Assembly: GCF_001194135.2 (NCBI RefSeq)
Contig: NC_068987.1
Coordinates: forward strand, 72,581,768-72,645,767
DNA: 64,000 nucleotides
Direction: 5' to 3'
From: Octopus bimaculoides
Lineage: Eukaryota
Shown here piece by piece: positions 1 to 12,800 of this stretch. The notes below the pieces were generated by a model. The model made no database searches and had not been told where the DNA came from. It saw only the letters and a list, made by a program, of their open reading frames with translations. The first letter of the stretch is position 1; the number at the start of each line of letters is the position of its first letter. Both the position numbers and the translations under genes were made by a program.

Positions 1-1479
1 TTCAGGCCTAGTGTATCCCAGGCTACACTATTTTATTGTTTTCAGGCTGACCATTTTCTTTAAGATGGCAGTGATGTTTGAAGGTAATTTGACTATTATT
101 TCTAACAGGTGAAATGACAGCATGGAGGCTCCTTCAGTAAGGTATATAAAATTATGTTATGTGGGACCAAACTTGAAATCATGTGTTCAGAAGTTTGCTT
201 CCCTGACAAATGAATAGGTAAGATGTGGTAGGGTAAACTGTAGAACAAGAGGAAACTGGTGATAGTGTATGCCAGCAATAACTAGTTTATAGGAGGGAGT
301 TCAGTAAGTTCAATTGCTGTGAAAGGTGAAGGATCTAATGTTATAGGCTCTTGACCTTATCTGAGAGAGAGAAGGGGATTGAAGGAATAATTGTAAAGCA
401 AGGTAGAAGGGCTGTGAAAGAGGGATGTAAGGGGAGTTAGCAGTAAGCAAAGGAGGAGGGAACCAAGAGAATGTAGAAGGAGCCAATATCTCAGGGTAAA
501 CAGATGAAAGAGAAGAATGGAAAAATGAGTGGGAGACACAAAAATATGAACAAAATATTGGACTAGAAATTTCAAGTTTGTTGATTTTAATTGAATAACA
601 ATCTATTTTTATGTTGTAATTAAACAACAGCATTGATGGCTACAGGTTTCCAATGGATGCATCACTTGTTCACTGCACTTATGACAGTAACTGTGGCAGG
701 TAAGTATCAGTAACTCAGTGCAGAACAAATATTGCAAAGGACTTCATTCAAAGAGCATCATTTGCTTTACTTTTTTTGCTGATGTTTACATCCTCTCTGA
801 AAGATAAACACGCTTGCACACACATGTTTTTAAATTCTTTTTAGTTGAATGGAAGGGGCAGTGCCTATGACCCTTTACAGGGCCTATGAGACTGGTGGGA
901 GGGAGAGAGGAAAATATCCTAAAACTGAGGACCCAGTGTGAATGCTTCTAACAGAATGGATCCTATTAAAAGTACTCAAAAGTTTCAGGTGATTGTGGTG
1001 TGAAACCAGGTGACGGATTAAAAGTTTTTAGGTTTTTTTACTCGAATCAAGCCTCATATGTCTACAATAAACCTCACGGCTGCATTAGTCACTTTGGTGT
1101 GTGTACATGTATATGAGAGAGAGAGGAAGAGAGTAAAAGATCCACTTTTGTGTAGTTTCATGTATTGAATTTTGCTATTTACAAAGTATTAGTTAACCTC
1201 AAGTTATAGTAGAAGACTCTTTTCCAAGGTACCATAGTGTGATTGGACCAAACACCATGTGGTTTTGAAGCTAACTTCTTAATGATACAGCCATGTCTAT
1301 ATCCATGGTAGTCGGCTAGTTATTTGATCCACAAAAAAAATGAAAGGCAAGTCAACTCTGGGAGGATTTCAATATAAATGTTGTGTGGCAGTGTTCCACA
1401 CGTGCGTGCATGCGTGTGTGCGTGTGGTACTGTTTTGTTAAGCATACCTGTTGAGGCAAGTGAAATTGAAATCGATGAC

Positions 1480-1950
1480 AGCACCGCATGACTGGCATCT
1501 GTGCTAATGGCGCGCTCAGAGTACCATCCAAGCATGATCATTGCCAGGTCCGCTGACTGGCCCCTATGCCGGTGGCAAGTAAAAAGCACCATTCAAGCGT
1601 GATCATTACCAGCGTTGCCTTACTGGCACTTGTGCCAGTGGTACGTGAAAATCGACATTCAAGTGAGGGTGTTGCCAGTGCCGCTGGACTGGCTCCCATG
1701 CAGGTGACATGTAAAAACACCATTTAAGTGTGGCCGTTGCCAGTACCGCCTGACTGGCCCTCGTGCTGGTGGCACGTAAAAGCACCCACTACACTCTCAG
1801 AGTGGTTGGCGTTAGGAAGGGCATCCAGCTGTAGAAACTCTGCCAGATCACATTAGAGACTGGTTCAGCCATCTGGCTCACCAGTCCTCAGTCAAACCGT
1901 CCAACCCATGCCAGCATGGAAAGTGGACGTTAAATGATGATGATGATGAT
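1480..1950 (+). mobile_element. (ATG)n-tailed retro-element with ~5 internal ~66-bp tandem units
   Basis: Units ttgccagtgccgctggactggctcc..gcaggtgacatgtaaaaacaccatt, then tggttggcgttaggaagggcatccagctgtagaaactctgcc...gttaaatgatgatg. Confidence 0.85.
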
Positions 1951-4218
1951 GAATCTCTAATTGACAAGCTGCCATTTAAGAGTGCATACCTAGTCAAGAT
2001 TCATTTTGGTTGTTCTTGTCGTTTATTTCCAAAACAGCCTTGATCTAACGAATGTTTGCTTAAAGCTATTTCAGCTCTGATCATCCTGTCTTTTATTGTA
2101 TATCAAGGATTACATTGTCCAATATGCTCTTTCCTTATTCAAGATGGTCAGGTGTAATTCGAGAAAGGTTTGGCTGCTATTTCTAGATGGGTAAGTAACT
2201 ACATAGAAGTATCTTATTGATTTGTTCATTGCTCATTTATGTCTGTTTTTCGATACTGGCATGGGTTAGACATACTTATTTGAGGCAATATTTTACAGTC
2301 TGGAGGCTTTGATCTTACCTGTTTTTCAGGTAAGGGATTTTTATTATTTCACTAAGGTTTGAAAGCACAGAGCTACAGGATGCATTGTTTACAGGGGATG
2401 TAAACATGCCATAATTCTTTCCTCAAATGGTCACATGGAAAGCAAAAATTCACACACACACACACACACACACATATATGCACATAACATGGTTAGGAAG
2501 CAAACTTCTGACCACATGGTTTTGAGTTTGGTTCCACAGTGCAGCACCTTGAGCAAGTGTTTTCTACTATAGTTTGGGCCAACCAAAACCATGTTAGTGG
2601 ATTTGGTAGGCAGAAACTGAAAGAAACCTGTCAAGCTGTCCTGTGTGAGTGTGTATCATACACATGCAAATGTCAGTGTGTGTATTTGTGTTTCTTTGTT
2701 TTGATAGTGTGTAATAGTTGTAAATAAGTGTCACTGTCATACAAGAGGTATCATTCTTTTATAATCTGCCATGAAAACATGTCTGGCCATGGAGAAATAT
2801 TACCTTGCTTGGAAACAGGTGTACATTAGCAGCAGGAAGAGCATCCAACTGCAGAGATTCTGTTACAGTGAATACCGTTCAATCCATGCAAACATAGTAA
2901 AGTGGATGTTAAAATGATAATGGTGATATACATAAGATAGGCTTCCATACAGTTTCTTTCTACCTATTTCAGTCACAAGGCATTGGTGGACCCAAGACAC
3001 CTGCTAAAGTGTCAGACTGAGCTCAAAACCATGTTTATGAAGTGAACTCTTAACCATACAGTTATACCAACACCCGTTCATATATTGGTTTTAAATTCTA
3101 GCACAAAGCCAGCAATTTTGAGGGAAGAGTTAAGTTGATAACAATGACCCCCAGTGTTCATTCAACTGGTACTTATTTTGTCAACCCCAAAAGGATGAAA
3201 GTCGACTGTGGCAAAATTTGAACTCAGAACATAAAGACGGATAAAATGCCACTTAGCATTTGGCCCAGTGAGCTAATGTTTTGGCCAGCTCACTGCCTTC
3301 ACGCATTCATATATCAATTATAGTCATACTCCTTTATGTTGTCTATAAAGAAGTGGATGAGACAGAAAAATTTTAAAGTATTGTCAGAGACATAACAAAT
3401 GGTCAAACTCCAATTTGTGGTTAGGAATTGATTTAGTATATCATATCTTCTGATATGTTGAGTATAAACACAAACACATAATCTGATTACATCCTACTGT
3501 GACATCTACTTGCATTCTCTTGCATAAGAAAATGAATTATTTAATTTTTGAACAGTTCTGTTTTCATGCTCCAGTAAACTTATATATGTCCTTATAGATT
3601 CATTCATCACTATTTCAACAAGTATAGTGAAGGATATGGTTTTCTATTGAGGTTAGGACAAACAAGTTCAGAATTACTTACTGATAGAATGAAAATAATA
3701 TTGGTTTCAAATTTTGGCACAATTTGGGGGTGGGGTAAGTCGATTACATCTACTGGTACTTATTTTATTGACCCCCAAAAGACGAATGACAAAGTTGATC
3801 TCAGTGGAATTTGAACTCAGAAGATAAAGATGGATGAAATGCTGCTAACTATTGAATATTAACTGATGGCAACAGCTATTTTCCATCTCTTTGATACCAC
3901 ACAATTGGCTAGGAATTGATTTAGTATTTAGTACATCACATCTTCTGATATGTTGTGTATAAACACATACAAATAACATTCCACTGAGACATCAACTTAC
4001 ATTCTCTTGTCTAGAAAACTAATGAATTATTTAATTTTTGGACAGTTCTATTTTCATACACTAATAATCTTGTATATTAAATTAAAATGCTGAAAGTTAC
4101 AACAAATAGGGTTCACATAATCTGTGGTGATTTTTCATGGCAACCCAACATAATGAAATTCCATTACAAAGACTAAAATTCCTTTTTAGAGCTAGAAAAT
4201 ACTAATCAATTTCTGTTC

Positions 4219-4380
4219 TCTCTACAAACCTTAAGACCCACAACAGAGTATTGCTCCCACATCTGGGCATGATACTTCTGCTACAAATATAGAGATCCTA
4301 AACTACATCTAAAAGAAGGCCATCTGATTGATTGGCAGAAACTCATTCATCAATATGCTACAAGATAGGTGAAGGACTTG
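4219..4380 (+). mobile_element. L2/CR1-group LINE RT C-terminal fragment
   Basis: Translates LRPTTEYCSHIWA, matching the RPxxEYCSxIW motif. Confidence 0.65.
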
Positions 4381-7300
4381 CAGCCTTCCAAAAGAAGTAC
4401 ATCATTTGAGAGAAAATCATTATTCCAGAGCATATTTTTGTTAATTTTAATTATATTCTAAAGTCAATCTTTTCAACGAAATTATAAATTTTAGAAACAC
4501 CTATTTATATTTCTTTATGCACCTTGTAATTAATTACTGAAGGTAATTACAATTGTTTGAAATGTAGGAATCTGAAGAAATTCTTGGAAACAAAATGTTA
4601 CAGAGGGCTTAGTCTGAAACTCAAACCTTTTCTACATTCTGTTACAGATTTTATAACTGGTTATATTTTTTAAATAAGGTTTGGCAGAATGAAGCATGAT
4701 TTAAAATTAGGCCTTATTAGATGACGGTAAACTTCACTATGGGCTTCAAACATAAAAAGGTACCTCATCTCTGTACAATAAACTCTGGCCCACAGATGAA
4801 CTGCCTCATCTCTCTCTGTTTAATTTCCAATACTCCCATGAATATAAAATAAAGTACTTATTCTAGCATACAATAGATAGCATTTTATCAATTTCAGTTT
4901 AATGAAATATGAAAGTCATACAATTGAACTAATCTGTTGCTTAAATAAAGATATTTATTTATACAGAGACATAGGTGATAAATAACATCCTAGACAGACC
5001 TATAAAACAGCATGAGACACACATGAATAGCAGTATTAAAATCTTTCATTCGCCAAATACCAACTACAGAATGAAGGCTGTAGTAGCTTTGATAGCAGTA
5101 ACTCTGCGTGATTTCACAGCAACTGGCTGACACGAGTAAAAGAGAATGCCAATGAACCCAGAAAGAATGACAGGTTAAGCCAATTTCATAATATGATTTG
5201 AATGGTGCATGCATAAACTACACACATGCATGAACTATCAAATAAAGTGCTGATAATCCAGTCTGAGATCAATGATTTAATCACAAGCTACTTTTGAAAT
5301 AATAACAAAACAAATCTCATAGTCTTGTTGTAAAATTCCTTCTAACCATCTAAGACAACCATTTAGACTAGATGCTTGTAAAAGGATGAATTTAATAATA
5401 AAATACACTTGCAAGCTAGTTATATTATAGTCTGTAATCAGAACCAAACATCATAAGATGAATAGCAACTACGGTTTTGAAATAGCTTCCTGTTGTCATT
5501 TCTAGGTCTAAAAGAACACAACAATACTGTATTGTCTTTAATTTAGGCACCGAATCCTGTATTTAATCTGGCAGAAGAACAATTTAAAATCAGTGTAAAA
5601 AACCAAAAATCTAGTAGTGTAGCAAGCACTAAGTCACATAACATGTTTTCAATAAAACATTCAGTGAGATTTCTTTATTATTAATAATGAACAATTCCTC
5701 CTTGGAGACTCACTGATAAAAGATAAATACAGAAACACCAATGGATGAAGATGCAGGAGTGTCATCAATTCAGGCTCTACATCTCACAGAAATGTAAAGT
5801 CTATGGGAGAGTCATGGCAAAATAATGATGATGATGATGATGATGGAAGGCGGGGGTAGACAACAGAAGCCTCTAATTCTCCATCCTGCTTAAATGTCTG
5901 ATTAAATAAAAACTACAGTTGAATGATTCCTCAAGTTATAACATCTTTAATCAATTCTGAATTGTAGTTAGAGCAGAAACATCTGCTCCAAGAACACAAA
6001 AATATCCTAGCCAGAATAAAAAATAAATAAATAAACATAATATTCATATTGTTTGGTGACTCAACAATAGCTGAACAGGATTTTTGTGAATGGGGAGTAT
6101 ATATGCAATAAGAGTAGCAGAGCTTCCCTTGTCTCTTTCTTTCCTTCTTTTTTTTTTTTTTTCTGAGTCCAAAAGAAGACGGTGGGTGGTGCCCATGATC
6201 TTTTAATGACCTAATAGACTGGGAGATTGGATTACTTGAGAGAAGTGAATGCAATTAACAGCTAATTTGAACTACTGCATACTAGTAGATGGAAGCAGGA
6301 AATATCACTGGAATTAGATTTTATTTTGTGGGTATTAAATCTGAATGGTTTTTGGATTGCAACATTACACAGAATTCTCCAAGAATAAACTTGAAGTGGT
6401 TTTCTGTTGCTGTCACCAAATCCATTACAGGATTTACACACAACCTATCAAGCTAAACTAAACATTCATAATTATAGGGTGCTCCTACTCTTTACAGCAG
6501 TGAGCTGTACCCATTTAAGAGACAACTTTATTGCTACTGGATGTAATGAGCCTCTTCTTCTGCTGACTTGCATCAGATAGTGACAAATGTGCCACATATC
6601 CTGTTAGTGTGCCATTTTCACATCAGTATGGCTTTCAAAGCTAATAATTTCTGGAGTCACTTCAACTCACAAGAATACTCTGGTTGTTGGAGTTTGCACG
6701 ATCTACCTTTAATGTACAAGTAGCATTAAGAAGATACTCTCTGGTTTGAAGAAGACAAGAAGACACTAAGAGTTGATTACATTGACCCAAGTACTTGATT
6801 GTTAGTTTATTTAAAATAGCAAACCTGTTAGAGTTAAATGTCACTGATGATACAATTTTACCTATCAAACATAGCCTTGCCATCACCTGTGCTGGCTTGC
6901 TTCAGTAGATTCCGTTGAACCTTGTAGTGTGTGACCGACTGAAGTACTTGGTGCTGCATTGATATTTTTTTCCTTTCTACCCACCTTTTTTTGTTTTTGT
7001 TTTTCTTTTGTAAAATATATTCCTTTTCATATTCTGAATAAAATGTACTCTAAACCAATAAATATACTAATAATACCTTTAGGCAATAAAAGTGACTTCT
7101 ATGTATTCATTAAACCTAAGTGTCCAATATACTAACAACTTTAGCCAACAAAGAGATTATGTGGTTACTAAAGTCACTAGTTCAACATACTAACACATTT
7201 AGCCAATAAAGAGGTTTCTCTGTGGTCACTCAACTTGTTACAGACAGTGACCAAATGTTCCTCAAATCACACCTCACCATCTTAAAAAAAGCCAAAAAAC

Positions 7301-8770
7301 AAAGGTTGGCATCAGGAAGAACATTTGACCATAAAATACTACTTCAATAAGTCTCATCCAACCCATGCCAACATGGAAATGTAGACATGAAATCAATAAT
7401 GATGATATATGTTGATGCATGATGTGCATTTATAATTACAAGCAACAAAATCTTGGGAAAAAAATATCTCTGATGTACACTATACAATGACTTTTTCTTA
7501 GTATCATGATATAAGGGAAAAACAGGTGTTCAGTCAGAGTCCTTTGTTTTTTTTTTTATTAGTGTATTAAATACATTGAAAAGATACAACACATCCTAAA
7601 TGATAGTAAAAGCAATTTGAAAGTGACCATTGCATTTTACTGGTGTAGGCTGTAAAAATGCACCACATTGTGGAAATCACCTGATCACTTGTCTTGTTTC
7701 ATAAAAAACAGTCTATATTCAATACAAATAAATGTTATACATAAATTGTTCATCTTTTTAAGGTTGGTGCTTGTAATGAAAATTTAGACAAGGAATTCAT
7801 GAGATATAAATTGTAGATACATAGTAGGTTATCATGATATGTAGGATGTTTAACTATAGTAGTTTCTAAGTAATGTTTGTCCTGGCTATGACATTAAACT
7901 GCATCTCATAATGGGGCCCTAGTTGAGGCCAAGATTTTGAAGAGTGTGGAACCACTTCTTAGCAACTATTGTTCCTAAGTCTACTCTGACCTGGAGTAGT
8001 ATCACCTGTCAGGGTTCCAACTATGAGTTAATTAGCATATTATGGAAGAAGCTCCAAGCATGAACCCTCACTGCCTTGTGGGTGCCTTGGGAAAGGAAAC
8101 GGTTAAGGGAATCAATCTTGACAGCATGTCAAGGAGTGAAGTCTTTCAGATGGTCTGGTGCCCTCTTTGACACCCTTCTGGTGGGCAACTCCAGAGTAGA
8201 AGGAGCTCTCCAGTCCTGTAAGACAATTTACTAAAGAAAAGGCTATTCCAATTTAAAACCTATAGCTTACTGGTTACTGCAGCTGCCTTAGACCACTGAA
8301 CCACACTGGTTAGACCTCTAAGTCTAAAGAATGAGATCAGATTGCATGGACTGAATCTTCTTTTAAAACTATTAGGTGCAAGCAGAAAAAAACAGCCTTG
8401 CAACATCAAAGATAGGTTTACATAGTCACTTGAGGGCATGCCACTCTTCCTCGTGATCTTCAGACATGAAGCAAAACTGCCATCATACATACATATGTAC
8501 CTACGTATATATGTATGTATAAGATTCAATTGAATCAGGTACTTAAATTGAGGCACCTTGTTAGATTGGAATAATATACATACACAATATTATGTAAATA
8601 TCAAACTTGGTACAGAAGTACCAACTGAATGATATTCATGCAGTTTATGTAGACAATTAGACTCAGCTGAATAAAGAGATCTGCTCTTGAGTTATTCAGA
8701 CATACACATGATATTAAATATACAGTCCATAATATTTACAAAGGGCAGATTCCAAGACAGGTGAATAAAA

Positions 8771-8932
8771 TATGAATGAGTAACAGTAGAGGTACAGGTG
8801 TCAATCCATGTAATGTTTTCATTAATCAATTAAACAGTTTCTTTATAATGATGTAATGTTTTCATTAATTAATTAAAGGAGTTGTTAGAAACAGCCATAA
8901 TGGATTGATACCTGTACCTCTACTGTTATTCA

Positions 8933-8938
<6 letters not shown>
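8771..8938. mobile_element. Small foldback/MITE
   Basis: 39-bp inverted repeat tatgaatga(g/a)taacagtagaggtacaggt(g/a)tcaatccat with two mismatches, an internal ~27-bp direct repeat, and a (TA)n tract immediately 3'. Confidence 0.75.

Positions 8939-8990
<52 letters not shown>
8936..8990. repeat. (TA)n microsatellite
   Basis: Direct reading. Others at ~12238-12260, 26337-26366, 46477-46548 and 54045-54107. Confidence 0.97.
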
Positions 8991-8991
<1 letters not shown>

Positions 8992-9374
8992 CTATATATC
9001 TTACAAGTTATCATGAAATATATTACAAATATCTGAAATGTCTATTACAGATATACACTAAAGTACTCTGATACAACTCTACTTCTTACTCATATTAAGA
9101 TCAGCAAGAACATTTATGTAGTTATTTGACCAGCTAGAAGCAACAGTAAAATTCCTTCAAATGATATCCTACTGCTTCAAGAAAAATAAGAAGGACACAT
9201 TGAATTGCGTAGGTCAAGCTACATTATTCCTGAAAACAAAATGGGATTGTCACATTGAAAGTCTTTGATCAAGTTACTAAAGCTAGTTGCAAGATTACCA
9301 AGTAGATAAGGTATTGAATATTGGTTATGGCTACTACAGTAACAATACAGTGCGGGTTATCAGTAAATTAATGT

Positions 9375-9765
9375 ATGCATACAGCTTTCGCTCGTTTCAG
9401 TCATTAGACTGTGGTCATACTGGGGCACTGTCTTGAAGAATTTTGAGTCAAATGAATCAACCCCAGTACATATTTTTGTTAAACCCAATACTTATTCTAT
9501 CAGTCTGTTTTGCTAAACTGCTAAGTTACGGAGATGTAAACACACCAACACCGATTGTCAAGTATTGACAAACACAGATACACACATACATGTATATATA
9601 CATGATGGTCTTCTTTCAGTTTCCATCTTCCAAATCTATTCACAAGGCTTTGGTCGCCCGAGGCTATAGCAGAGGACTCTTGCCCAAAGTGTCATGCAGA
9701 GGGACTGAACCCAGAACCGTGTAGTTGAGAAGCAAGCTTCTAACCATGCAGCCACACCTACATCT
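9375..9765 (-). mobile_element. Full-length tRNA-derived SINE (family A) directly 3' of the U6 copy
   Basis: Head gtaggtgtggctgcatggttag...gggttcagtccc (A/B boxes), central microsatellite, tail gactgaaac. Homologous to 39313-39650 and 53826-54290. Confidence 0.88.
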
Positions 9766-9867
9766 AAAAATATGGAACGCTTCATGAATTTGCACGTCAT
9801 TCTGGCACAGAGGTCATGCTAATCTTCTCTGTATTGTTCCAGTTTTAGTATATGTACTGCCGAAGCA
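9766..9867 (-). pseudogene. U6: U6 snRNA copy, probably a retro-pseudogene
   Basis: The reverse complement reads TGCTTCGGCAGTACATATACTAAAACTGGAACAATACAGAGAAGATTAGCATGACC...GAAGCGTTCCATATTTTT. The ACAGAGA box is intact and the first ~5 nt are missing. Manual comparison gives about a dozen substitutions versus canonical U6, several in the internal stem-loop. Confidence 0.9.
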
Positions 9868-12800
9868 TAAAATTAATGTCATTGTGAAATTAGAGTAAAT
9901 GGTCCTTTTAGGCAGTGTGGAGTGAAGACTGAATCAGCTATTAACTGGTACTTGATTATATCAAAATGAAAGATAAAATTGATCTCAGTGTGATTTGCAC
10001 TCAGAATATAGACAGTCAGTATTTATTTCAGCTCTTTACATTCTGAGTTAAAATCAAGTTGAGGTCGACTTTACCTTTCATTGTTCTACAGGTTGATGAA
10101 AGAAAGTACAAGTGAAGAACTATGTTCAATAAAATTGAATGTTTCTTTCCCATTCCTTCAGTGTCCGCTCTTGTGCCTGTGTTAGAAATTATTATTACTT
10201 AATAGACTGTCATATGTGCAATGAACAGTAAAATACAAAATAATGACTTTATTCTTTTATTTGTTTTTTAGTCATATGACTGTGGCCATGCAGGAGAATT
10301 GACTTGCATATTTATTCTTAACACATTCCAGCAGATTCATCATCATCATCATCACTGTTGAATGTCTGCTTTTCATGCTGGCATGCATTGGATGATTTGA
10401 CAGGAGCTGGCCAGCCAGAGAGCTGTCTAGGCTTCAATTGTCTGTTTTGACTTGGTTTCTATGGCTGGATGCCTTCCCTAATGCCAACCACTGGCACGGA
10501 TGGTTTTTATGTGTTACTGACATAGTTACATTTTATGTGGCACCACCATGAATGCATTTTATATGGCACTAGTACCTGCAAGGCAAAGATCTCTCAGCTG
10601 GGAGAGGGAGTGAGGACATGGCCATATAAGAACATACCTGTCCAATGTGATATGCTAATCACTGCTGTGTTCATCACAGGAAAACAGTTTCTCCTTTATG
10701 ATGAATATGCACAGGTTCATAACACACTTTATTCATTAGTATATGAGATTTTGGAACAACTGGTGTTTCAATACCTTTGTGCTTCGTCAGCCAGAAGCAC
10801 CCCCAGACCAATGAATTGAACAAGAGCCTATGGCCTTGTTTATAATTTCAGTGCGCAGACTATTTGCTAATCCATGTCGGCATTGTTATATGTATGGTGA
10901 ATAGCATTGATCTCTTTTTCCTAAACAGTTAATGTTAAGTAACCTTCAGTTACTTATTAAAATACAAATATGTATCTTGATGTAAACTCATTTGTCTAAT
11001 GGTACATGATAAATAGTAAGACAATAATTATGACAGTACCAGTATGAATCATCATCATCATCATCATCATTTAACATCCACTTTCCATGCTAGCATGGGT
11101 TGGACGGTTTGAAGGCTCCAATCTGATCTGGCAAGGTTTCTACAGCTGGATGCCCTTCCTAACGCCAACCACTCCAAGAATATGGTGCTTTTTACATGCC
11201 ACCGGCATGGGACCAATCATCTATTTCTTTCCCTTGCCTTTCCTCATTTTGTCCCCTTCAAACACCAGAACCTACATTAATCCTTTGATACCAACCCACG
11301 AGAAATCATCCCTCTATACTATTATACAAAGTCATATTTTAATTAAAACCTTCAACCATGCTTTTATGTAAGGTGCTTTTGTTATGTTATGATACAAACA
11401 CCATTTTGATAATGAAAGTTCTTAATAATTTCCAAAATTAATTGAAAGGGTATGTGCCCCACCCTTCTTTGAATTACAATATAAAGAAGAGAAAAATGTT
11501 GCAAATATATATATAAAACAAGCATAGTGGTATCTAGATTCATCTTTATAATGCAACCCGAGGAAGGTTTGTATGTTGATTATAATTTCTAATACACCAG
11601 AAAATCGTGACACATAGAGCTCAATGGGTATAGTGTGTAGTCTAAGAGAACAACCCTGGTTTCCTAACTTCTGTTCCCTTAAAGCTACACTAAAATGAGC
11701 TTAGGGAGTAAAACCTGAAGAATCGGGAGATAGGATCGTTAAGGCAGTTGGTACTATTTCCAGCCAGTAACAATGGTGGTGCCAAACTGCATTAGCACTT
11801 GTGCTTAGACTATAACAGCGTTGTTGTTGTTTACTGCCATGTTGGCTCTGATCGAGCAAACCCACGATCAAACTCGTTCTAGTCATGACTATCAAATTTT
11901 ATTTTCTGGAATAGTGTACTTCGGGCTGCCTTATCTGACGGGCACTTTATTAAAACAGTAGGATAAGGGATTTTGTGCTGCTATTTCTTCTTGGCGCTGC
12001 TATACCAGGGTTGGGAGAAAATGTGGGATGAGTAGAAGCCTAATGGATACTATAACATAAATCTCTTCATAATTTGTAGCGTGATACAGACAGATGCCAG
12101 ATAAGTAACAGTACACTGCCAAGAAAAAACAACAAAAAAACGGCAGAGTAAGACAAAAAAATCTATAAGCTATGCAACGAAAATATCTATAAGCTATGGC
12201 ATAAAAATAAATAAATATGGGTAGCACAAAAATAATTTATATATATATATATATATATATTTCCGCTTCAAAAATGCTAATAAAATAAAATAATTAACAT
12301 TATCCTAAGGTATTTTTAGCAACTTTTATAGCAGGAGTTATTTCTCTTGACTTCCGCCACCTCATCACCCAATGATGAGATGCAATGTTATGTTTGATGA
12401 GACAGATGTTTTCTTTTATGGAGTCTAGTTTTTACACGCAAAATCGAGCGATGAAACGTTAAAAATTATAGAGAAATAATTAGATCAATTATCAGAATAA
12501 TATTACTCAAAGTAGCAGGTGTGTGTGTGTGGGGGGGCATATAAAGTGTACGTAAAAGAATAACAGTATTAGAACGTTAACATCATCATCATCATCAGTT
12601 TTAGATTCATCTTGCTATGAGTCAATGGGTTGGACATGTTTGCACTACAACATCCGTTCCGCATGCAATGAACCCACTCCAGCTATCCGTTAAATAACAC
12701 ACACAGAAGAGAGAGAAAAAGGGAGAGATAGAGAAAGAGACGAAGTAAGTGCTCAGCATAAGTGGACTTTGATTAGTCTTTTTACGTAGCAACAGAACTG

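Noticed and set aside
1480-1790. Regularly spaced ~66-bp units resembling a CRISPR array
   Set aside because: The whole unit repeats with no unique spacers, it sits in a eukaryotic retro-element, and there are no cas genes.
5840-5885. Candidate ATG4 exon 2 (agcag|GATGG giving G-W)
   Set aside because: It continues RIRGFCCLPPPSIII into an (ATC)n retro-element tail, with no similarity to the ATG4 C54 domain and a poor pyrimidine tract. The true exon 2 is probably left of the window.
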